DNA of 64,000 nucleotides from Escherichia coli (GTDB lineage Bacteria; Pseudomonadota; Gammaproteobacteria; Enterobacterales; Enterobacteriaceae): NCBI RefSeq assembly GCF_002854065.1, contig NZ_CP024147.1; one strand, 5' to 3'. Shown piece by piece: positions 53,061 to 64,000 of this stretch (position 1 is its first letter; each line of letters starts with the position of its first letter). The notes under the pieces were generated by a model. It saw only the letters and a program-made list of their open reading frames with translations, ran no database searches and was not told where the DNA came from. The position numbers and the translations under genes were made by a program.

Positions 53061-54140
53061 TTAATTATCTTTATGCAGGAATTTAACCGCTTTATCAGGG
53101 AAATCAGTAAACAACCCATTTACACCCGCTTTGTTATACAGAGCATCATATAACTGATTCACACCAGTTGTGTATTCAGGCAGTTTATCTGACCGCACGG
53201 TATAAGGATGCACTACCAGCTTGTTCTGCTGAGCATCTTGCACCATGCCAGTGAGTTTGATATTACCCGGCTGCGATGTCTCCTCAATCAACATATGGTA
53301 ATCCGGACCAATACCATCTGCATATTCCGCCACCTGTTTCATGGCACCCGGCTTAAACATCCAGTCGTAGTTGTAATTAACCCAGCTTCCATCCGGCTGT
53401 TTCTGCTGCGTTTCATTCCAGTCGGTATAGGCAATCAGCTGTACCAGATTGAGATCCATGCCCATTTTAGGTTCCAGCTCATTCTTAATACGCTTCAGCT
53501 CATCAGCATCAAAACATTGCAAATAAACTTTATCGTCTTTACCGGTGTAACCATATTTCTTCAGCACTTCCAGCGTTTTTGCCGCAATATCCTTCCCTTC
53601 CTGATGATGGAACCACGGCGCTTTGATTTCTGGATAGATACCGATATTTTTCCCGGTAGAGTGATTTAACCCCTGAACAAATTCAATCTCTTCTTCAAAG
53701 GTGTGCACCCGGAAGTCGGACTTACCCATTGGGAAACGCCCCGGATAAGTCTGCACTTTTTTACCGTTTTCAATATCGAAACCTTCGGTAAATTTCAACG
53801 ACTTAATTTCATCCAGCGTGAAATCTATCGCGTAGTAACGACCGTCTTTGCGCGCCCGATCCGGGAAACGATCGGCAACATCAGTAACACGATCGAGGTA
53901 ATGGTCATGCAGAACTACCAGATGGTCGTCTTTGGTCATCACCAAATCCTGTTCCAGATAATCCGCTCCCTGCGCATACGCCATCGCTTTTGCTGGCAGC
54001 GTATGCTCCGGCAAATATCCACTGGCACCGCGATGGGCGATGACTATTTTTTCGTTGCTGTCCGCCGCCATTGCACTGCTTCCCATGACTATAGTGCTCA
54101 TCATGATCGCCATGCTAAGGTTTTTCAGCGTCAATTTCAT
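53061..54140 (-). CDS. glpQ: Periplasmic glycerophosphodiester phosphodiesterase GlpQ
   Basis: Start at MKLTLKNLSMAIMM (signal peptide); the track ORF extends upstream into the glpT 3' end in another frame. Catalytic HRGASGYLPEHT motif. Confidence 0.94.
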   Translation of the reverse strand: MKLTLKNLSMAIMMSTIVMGSSAMAADSNEKIVIAHRGASGYLPEHTLPAKAMAYAQGADYLEQDLVMTKDDHLVVLHDHYLDRVTDVADRFPDRARKDGRYYAIDFTLDEIKSLKFTEGFDIENGKKVQTYPGRFPMGKSDFRVHTFEEEIEFVQGLNHSTGKNIGIYPEIKAPWFHHQEGKDIAAKTLEVLKKYGYTGKDDKVYLQCFDADELKRIKNELEPKMGMDLNLVQLIAYTDWNETQQKQPDGSWVNYNYDWMFKPGAMKQVAEYADGIGPDYHMLIEETSQPGNIKLTGMVQDAQQNKLVVHPYTVRSDKLPEYTTGVNQLYDALYNKAGVNGLFTDFPDKAVKFLHKDN

Positions 54141-54144
54141 GCCA

Positions 54145-55503
54145 TTAGCCTCCGTTGCGTTTTTGCAGTAATTCCTGATGGCGACGTTTTTCGCCAATCA
54201 TCACAACAATCAACAAGATAACCGCCAGAATGCTGCCGCCAATCATTACCATAAAGCCGCCATCCCAGCCGAAGAAGTCCACGGTGTAGCCAACAATCGC
54301 GCTCGCCGCCACCGAACCGCCCAGGTAACCAAACAGACCAGTAAAGCCCGCTGCCGTACCAGCCGCTTTTTTCGGTGCCAGTTCCAGCGCATGCAGACCG
54401 ATCAGCATCACAGGGCCGTAGATCAGGAAACCGATAACAATCATACAAATCATATCGACGGTTGGGTTACCTGCCGGGTTCATCCAGTAAACGATAGTCG
54501 CGATGGTCACCAGTGTCATAAAGAAGACGCCGGTTGCCCCACGGTTACCACGGAAGACTTTGTCCGACATCCAGCCGCACAGCAGGGTGCCCGGAATACC
54601 CGCATACTCATAGAAGAAGTAGGCCCAGGAGGATTTATCCAGCGCGAAATGCTTAACCTCTTTCAGATAAGTCGGTGACCAGTCGAGGATGCCGTAACGC
54701 AGCAGATAAACGAACACGTTGGCGATGGCGATGTACCACAGCAGTTTGTTCGGCAGCACGTACTGCATGAAGATTTGCTTCGCGGTCAGCTCCTGTTCCG
54801 CTTTTTCGTTATAGTCGTCCGGATAATCATTTTTGTACTCTTCGATCGGCGGCAAGCCACAGGATTGCGGGGTATCGCGCATCATCGCAAAGGCGAATAA
54901 TGCCACCAGAATGGCGCAGAAAGCGGGCATATAGAGCGCCGCGTGCCAGTCATTGAACCAGGCCATCCCCAGCAGGAACAGCAGCGGCGGAATACCACCA
55001 CCGACGTTGTGCGCACAGTTCCACACTGACACAATGCCGCCACGTTCTTTCTGCGACCACCAGTGCACCATAGTACGACCACACGGCGGCCACCCCATCC
55101 CCTGGAACCAACCGCAGAGGAACAACAGTACAAACATCACCGCAATGCTCGACGTCGCCCATGGCACAAAGCCCATAAACAACATCACTGCCGCCGCCAG
55201 AATCAAACCTGCGGGCAGGAAAACGCGCGGATTCGAGCGATCCGATACCGAACCCATGATGAATTTCGAAAATCCATAGGCGATCGAGATCCCAGAAAGC
55301 GCAAAACCTAAATCACCCCGTGAGAATCCCTGCTCCACCAGGTAAGGCATAGCGAGCGCAAAGTTCTTACGAACCAAATAGTAAGCAGCATAGCCAAAGA
55401 ATATCCCCAGGAAAATTTGCCAGCGCAATCGACGATAAGTCGGATCGATCTCCGCGGCAGGTAAGCGCGCTTTGTGTGGCGCTGGTTTAAAAATACTCAA
55501 CAT
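54145..55503 (-). CDS. glpT: Glycerol-3-phosphate transporter GlpT (MFS)
   Basis: 452-aa ORF starting [31 protein letters not shown]. Confidence 0.96.
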   Translation of the reverse strand: MLSIFKPAPHKARLPAAEIDPTYRRLRWQIFLGIFFGYAAYYLVRKNFALAMPYLVEQGFSRGDLGFALSGISIAYGFSKFIMGSVSDRSNPRVFLPAGLILAAAVMLFMGFVPWATSSIAVMFVLLFLCGWFQGMGWPPCGRTMVHWWSQKERGGIVSVWNCAHNVGGGIPPLLFLLGMAWFNDWHAALYMPAFCAILVALFAFAMMRDTPQSCGLPPIEEYKNDYPDDYNEKAEQELTAKQIFMQYVLPNKLLWYIAIANVFVYLLRYGILDWSPTYLKEVKHFALDKSSWAYFFYEYAGIPGTLLCGWMSDKVFRGNRGATGVFFMTLVTIATIVYWMNPAGNPTVDMICMIVIGFLIYGPVMLIGLHALELAPKKAAGTAAGFTGLFGYLGGSVAASAIVGYTVDFFGWDGGFMVMIGGSILAVILLIVVMIGEKRRHQELLQKRNGG

Positions 55504-55775
55504 TGATAGCCTCCGTGGCCCGTGATCTTATTTATGATTAACAGCCTGATTCAGTGGGAGAACCTGCCGTTTCTTGAGTTGCCGCGATGTTAAGAAAACA
55601 TTCATAAATTAAATGTGAATTACCGCACACATTATTAAATACGATGGTGAAAATGTTCAGAATGACGCATGAAATCACGTTTCACTTTCGAATTATGAGC
55701 GAATATGCGCGAAATCAAACAATTCATGTTTTTACTATGGCTAAATAGTAAAAAACGAACTTCAGAGGGATAACA
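55504..55775. promoter_or_regulatory. Divergent glpTQ / glpACB control region with a CRP-like site (TGTGA-N6-GCACA, about 55614..55629) and repeated GlpR operator-like half-sites
   Basis: Motifs read directly (aaatgtgaattaccgcacacatt; tttcgaattatgagcgaatatgcgcgaaat). Assignment follows known glp regulation. Approximate. Confidence 0.55.
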
Positions 55776-59840
<4,065 letters not shown>

Positions 59841-59853
59841 ACTCCTTTCTGAT

Positions 59854-59886
59854 GCCCGGTAAGCATGTGGTTACCGGGCATTTTTG
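59854..59886 (+). terminator. Rho-independent terminator of glpACB
   Basis: Hairpin gcccggtaa...ttaccgggc followed by ATTTTT, 14 nt after the glpC stop. Confidence 0.7.
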
Positions 59887-60032
59887 CGTACACGATTCCG
59901 TGCCCAATGTATGCGTTGCAACGCAGTGAAAATTCCTCTGAAAACGTCTCGCAAAGGCTGAAACTGGCAGATGTCAAAGGCCTGGGATAACCGTAATGTC
60001 GCGTCATCATAAATATCAGGTGACGGACAACC

Positions 60033-60986
60033 ATGACCGAATCAACAACCTCCTCCCCGCATGATGCAGTATTTAAAACCTTTATGTTCACACCCGAAAC
60101 CGCACGGGATTTTCTCGAAATACATTTACCTGAACCACTGCGCAAGCTTTGCAACCTGCAAACCTTACGCCTGGAACCCACTAGTTTTATTGAAAAAAGT
60201 TTACGCGCTTACTACTCGGATGTTTTGTGGTCCGTGGAAACCAGCGACGGTGACGGCTATATCTACTGCGTGATTGAACATCAAAGCTCTGCAGAAAAGA
60301 ATATGGCTTTTCGGCTAATGCGCTATGCCACTGCCGCCATGCAGCGTCACCTGGACAAAGGCTATGACAGAGTCCCGCTGGTGGTGCCGTTGCTGTTTTA
60401 TCATGGCGAAACCTCGCCCTACCCGTACTCACTCAACTGGCTGGATGAGTTTGACGATCCGCAACTTGCCCGGCAGTTGTACACCGAAGCTTTTCCGTTG
60501 GTGGATATTACCATCGTACCTGACGATGAGATCATGCAACATCGGCGTATAGCTCTGCTTGAACTGATTCAAAAGCATATTCGCGACCGCGATTTAATCG
60601 GTATGGTCGACAGGATCACCACGCTTTTGGTTAGAGGCTTCACTAATGACAGCCAGCTACAAACACTGTTTAATTATCTGCTGCAATGCGGCGATACCTC
60701 CCGTTTCACCCGTTTTATTCAGGAGATTGCCGAACGTTCACCACTACAAAAGGAGAGATTAATGACTATTGCTGAACGGCTACGGCAGGAAGGACATCAA
60801 ATTGGCTGGCAGGAAGGTAAAATTGAAGGCTGGCAAGAAGGTAAATTAGAAGGTTTGCAGGAAGGCATGCATGAACAAGCCATTAAAATTGCCTTGCGCA
60901 TGCTGGAGCAGGGTATCGATCGTGACCTGGTGCTGGCAACAACCCAGCTAACCGAGGCCGATCTCGCTCCATTAAGCCTGCAATGA
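60033..60986 (+). CDS. yfaD: Rpn-family recombination-promoting nuclease (transposase_31 / PDDEXK-like), YfaD/RpnE
   Basis: 317-aa ORF starting ...[25 protein letters not shown], typical of the YhgA/Rpn family; no terminal inverted repeats seen. Confidence 0.85.
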   Translation: MTESTTSSPHDAVFKTFMFTPETARDFLEIHLPEPLRKLCNLQTLRLEPTSFIEKSLRAYYSDVLWSVETSDGDGYIYCVIEHQSSAEKNMAFRLMRYATAAMQRHLDKGYDRVPLVVPLLFYHGETSPYPYSLNWLDEFDDPQLARQLYTEAFPLVDITIVPDDEIMQHRRIALLELIQKHIRDRDLIGMVDRITTLLVRGFTNDSQLQTLFNYLLQCGDTSRFTRFIQEIAERSPLQKERLMTIAERLRQEGHQIGWQEGKIEGWQEGKLEGLQEGMHEQAIKIALRMLEQGIDRDLVLATTQLTEADLAPLSLQ

Positions 60987-61033
60987 ATGCGACAACGTGC
61001 CGGGTAAAAGCCTTCTCCCCGGCGCGCCCTCTT

Positions 61034-62245
61034 TCATGCCCCCTGTGGCGACAGCATCAACGACTCAACAACCTCAATCCAGCCATGCTCACTGGCAATG
61101 TCCTGGCCGTTTAACCAACGGCGTAGCATATTCAGTGCCATCATTGCGCACACTTCCTGACGGATAGCCAGGCTGTAGCGTGTAGTGCTGAAACGCACAC
61201 GCAGAGCGAAAGTGCCATCTGGCGTGGCTAGCGCAAAGTTGAGATGCTCGTTCTCGAAACCCGAAACAGCCAGTGCCAGCCCGGCAAAATGGTTGGCCCG
61301 CCGTTCTGTAATCCAGTGCGCAGTTTGCGCCAGGGTTTCTTCCTGTGAAGGAACCACTTCACACGCCAGCAGTGGAGCACCTGCGCGAGAAAGTTGCAAA
61401 GCCAATAAACCACCGGTGAATTGCTCGCTCAACGTCAGGCTGAACTGGCGGTTTTGCAATTCGCGACTGATCTGCGCGGGCAGTCCTTCGGTGCCTTCGA
61501 AAATCACGCTCTGTCCGGCAACACGTTTAACGTCCAGCCACAGTTTTTCCATCGCCTGTTGCTCGCTTGCCGGTCCGGTGAGTTTCAGTTCGATGATCGG
61601 CATTGAGGAGCGATAGCCCATTGTTACGCCCGGCGGCAGTTGTAGAGTGTCCAGGCTTTGTGCCAGATCGCTTTCCGAACGACCAAAGGTAGTCAAACGC
61701 AGGCAAACCGGCGGCTGTGGTAAAGAAAAACGCTCGCGCAGACGCGGCAGGATTTCGTGCTCGACCATCACCTTAAATTCTGACGGTACGCCGGGAGTAA
61801 AGAACATCAGGCAACGATTAAGCTGCACGGCAAAACCACAGGCGGTGCCTACCGGGTTATTGATAAATTCAGCACTGGCAGGCAGCTCCGCTTGTTTACG
61901 GTTGCTCGGTGCCATTACTCGTCCACGTTCGTGGAAATAGCGTTCCATCTCTTTGAGCCAGGCTTCATGCAGCACCAGGCCTTCACCTTTTGCTGTTACA
62001 GCGGCGAGTGCGCTTAAATCATCGCTGGTCGGTCCCAGCCCGCCGTTAACGATCAGCACATCGGCGTGCTGACTACGTTCGCGAAGAATGGTCACTAAGT
62101 CATCAAGGTTATCCCCCACCGTATTGCGGCGAGATAATGGCAACCCCTGATGAAAGAAAAAATCGGCCAGCCAGGCAGCGTTAGTGTCAACGATTTGCCC
62201 GTGTAACACTTCATCCCCGGTGGATAGCATTTCCACTTTTAACAT
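61034..62245 (-). CDS. yfaY: CinA-like protein YfaY
   Basis: 403-aa ORF starting MLKVEMLSTGDEVLHGQIVDTNAAW with a MocF/CinA-type N-terminal domain. Confidence 0.88.
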   Translation of the reverse strand: MLKVEMLSTGDEVLHGQIVDTNAAWLADFFFHQGLPLSRRNTVGDNLDDLVTILRERSQHADVLIVNGGLGPTSDDLSALAAVTAKGEGLVLHEAWLKEMERYFHERGRVMAPSNRKQAELPASAEFINNPVGTACGFAVQLNRCLMFFTPGVPSEFKVMVEHEILPRLRERFSLPQPPVCLRLTTFGRSESDLAQSLDTLQLPPGVTMGYRSSMPIIELKLTGPASEQQAMEKLWLDVKRVAGQSVIFEGTEGLPAQISRELQNRQFSLTLSEQFTGGLLALQLSRAGAPLLACEVVPSQEETLAQTAHWITERRANHFAGLALAVSGFENEHLNFALATPDGTFALRVRFSTTRYSLAIRQEVCAMMALNMLRRWLNGQDIASEHGWIEVVESLMLSPQGA

Positions 62246-62344
62246 GGTTATCTCCTGCTTTTGTTATCGAATCACTATAACGCAAAGGGAGATAAGGCGT
62301 AGTAAGAAACTGAATGGCGCGGCAGAATGCCGCGCCGGAAGGGA

Positions 62345-62887
62345 TCAGAAACTGGCGTTAACCCCAACATACGGGCCGTCAGCCACGGCGTTGTCGCGGT
62401 TGCCGTCTTTACCCGACAGATTCAGGTAGCGATAACCCGCCTCAATACTGACTGGACGCATAATGGTGTAACGCGCGCCAGCATTCGCTTCCTCATAACT
62501 TTTAATACCGCTGGAGAGTGAATCCGGAGAGTAGTAATACTCGCCAAACAAACGGAAGCTGTTGCCAATTTTCCACTGCAAACCACCTCCTACCGCTGCG
62601 GCATAACCTTCATCGCCGTAATTCGGGTTGGTGTAAACGCCTTTTCCGCCAACGGTCGCCATTAACGGCCCGAGAGGCAGATTCAACCCCAGCCCCACGC
62701 CCGCGACGTCACCGTCGTCGTCGTTATGTGTCCAGTTACCGCTTAAAGCCAGGCCCGTCGATTCAGTCCCAAAACCGACACCAATATTGGTGTATTCTTT
62801 ACCCGCCTGGCCGCTGATGCTCATTGCATTGACCGATGCAGAAACCAACAGCATTCCGGCCAGACCTGCTAGCGCAATTTTTTTCAT
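62345..62887 (-). CDS. yfaZ: Outer-membrane beta-barrel protein YfaZ
   Basis: Start at MKKIALAGLAGMLLVSASVNA (signal peptide), giving 180 aa; C-terminal aromatic residue (…VNASF). Confidence 0.85.
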   Translation of the reverse strand: MKKIALAGLAGMLLVSASVNAMSISGQAGKEYTNIGVGFGTESTGLALSGNWTHNDDDGDVAGVGLGLNLPLGPLMATVGGKGVYTNPNYGDEGYAAAVGGGLQWKIGNSFRLFGEYYYSPDSLSSGIKSYEEANAGARYTIMRPVSIEAGYRYLNLSGKDGNRDNAVADGPYVGVNASF

Positions 62888-63165
62888 TATCCCCTTTCCC
62901 ACAAGCAATTAATCAAAATTCCCAAAGCTGCGGGATTGTACTGCCTGGCGCAGAGGATTCAATGAGCGAAAAAAGGGATCTAGTCACTTATTGTAACTAA
63001 ATACTTCTTAAATAATTAAACGCCGAAAAAATAAACACAGTTTACCGATACACACAAAAATAATAATAAGTGCAGTTATCATCGCAAAAGAGATTACTGT
63101 CACTTTCACATATTTCTGAGTTACCGTATTCTCATGGTTTCTATTTATTTATAAGGAATACCCCT

Positions 63166-63591
63166 GTGCGACAACGGACTATTGTATGCCCTTTGATTCA
63201 AAATGATGGTGCTTATTTGCTGTGTAAAATGGCCGACGATCGCGGCGTTTTCCCCGGTCAATGGGCGCTTTCGGGTGGCGGCGTGGAGCCCGGCGAACGA
63301 ATTGAAGAGGCACTACGCCGCGAAATTCGCGAAGAACTGGGAGAACAGCTGCTTTTGACAGAAATCAAGCCGTGGACCTTCAGCGATGATATTCGCACCA
63401 AAACGTATCCAGATGGTCGCAAGGAAGAGATTTATATGATTTACCTGATTTTTGACTGCGTTTCTGCCAACCGAGAAGTGAAAATAAACGAAGAGTTTCA
63501 GGACTACGCGTGGGTAAAACCTGAAGATCTGGCGCACTATGATTTGAATGTCGCCACCCGAAAAACGTTACGTTTGAAAGGTCTTCTGTAA
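63166..63591 (+). CDS. nudI: Nudix hydrolase NudI (nucleoside triphosphatase)
   Basis: 141 aa from a GTG start at codon 33 of the track ORF ([15 protein letters not shown]...), preceded by AAGGAA; Nudix box [24 protein letters not shown]. Confidence 0.85.
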   Translation: MRQRTIVCPLIQNDGAYLLCKMADDRGVFPGQWALSGGGVEPGERIEEALRREIREELGEQLLLTEIKPWTFSDDIRTKTYPDGRKEEIYMIYLIFDCVSANREVKINEEFQDYAWVKPEDLAHYDLNVATRKTLRLKGLL

Positions 63592-63629
63592 CAATGATGA
63601 CAGCCATTACTGGCTGTCAGATTGAAAAT

Positions 63630-64000
63630 TTAGTGATTAACGAATTCCCCATCCAGATAAACTTTGCCTTTTTCCACATGCATGACTAAACCATCCAGAT
63701 AATCAGGTTTAAATGTCGCATCACGCTTATCTTTAGCAATATATGTCAGGCAATGATTATGGGTGAAAATAACGATATTTTTATCAGGCGCTTTGCTTTG
63801 TAAGTCCTTAATTGCACTATAAATCTCATTACCGCACTGAAGAAGTCGTTTATCTACCGTCAATTTTTTACCCGCTGAAAACCAGGTCGCCGACTGAATG
63901 GTCCGGACGGTATTACTGGAATAGAGATCGAAATCAGGGATATCAGCACTAAAAGCCTTGCCCAGTTCTCGGGCATCCTGGGTACCTTTGACCGTAATAC
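63630..64000 (-). CDS. ais: Ais (aluminium-inducible, histidine-phosphatase-like lipid A modification protein), partial; 5' end beyond the window
   Basis: Minus-strand translation to the window edge reads ...[60 protein letters not shown]...[14 protein letters not shown]...GEFVNH. Confidence 0.85.
   Translation of the reverse strand, partial: ITVKGTQDARELGKAFSADIPDFDLYSSNTVRTIQSATWFSAGKKLTVDKRLLQCGNEIYSAIKDLQSKAPDKNIVIFTHNHCLTYIAKDKRDATFKPDYLDGLVMHVEKGKVYLDGEFVNH

Noticed and set aside
53061-54197. Extended 378-aa glpQ ORF starting at an upstream TTG
   Set aside because: The extension overlaps the glpT C-terminal coding region in another frame. The conserved GlpQ signal peptide begins at the internal Met (MKLTLKN), so the shorter ORF is called.
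60033-60986. yfaD as an active transposase or IS element
   Set aside because: It belongs to the transposase_31/Rpn family, which in E. coli are chromosomal recombination-promoting nucleases. I see no terminal inverted repeats or target-site duplications flanking it.

Overview
This window reads as a contiguous, largely syntenic segment of an Escherichia coli-type chromosome, and I do not see a convincingly novel system in it. Gene order is: ccmH (partial) and ccmGFEDCBA, napCBHGADF, eco, mqo, yojI, alkB-ada, apbE, ompC, micF, rcsD-rcsB, rcsC, yfaP-yfaQ-yfaS-yfaT-yfaA, gyrA, ubiG, yfaL (disrupted), nrdA-nrdB-yfaE, inaA, an MFS transporter and a LysR regulator, glpQ-glpT, glpA-glpB-glpC, yfaD (rpnE), yfaY, yfaZ, nudI and ais (partial). 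Calls rest on the supplied ORF translations, which I recognise from memory of these protein families, plus direct reading of motifs and repeats; nothing was database-verified. Coding density is high and no IS element, prophage, CRISPR array, tRNA or rRNA was seen. The least-characterised content is the five-gene yfaA-T-S-Q-P cluster, which encodes a thioester-less alpha-2-macroglobulin-like protein and is known but functionally unexplained. Strain-level peculiarities relative to K-12 gene order as I recall it: no ato operon between rcsC and yfaP; no ypaA/rhm (yfaU-X) block between yfaD and yfaY; an intact MFS/LysR pair where K-12 has only the yfaH remnant; a divergent OmpC allele; and yfaL inactivated by a perfect 28-bp tandem duplication. 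REP/BIME arrays occupy four intergenic gaps, and gyrA carries the wild-type Ser83/Asp87 QRDR.
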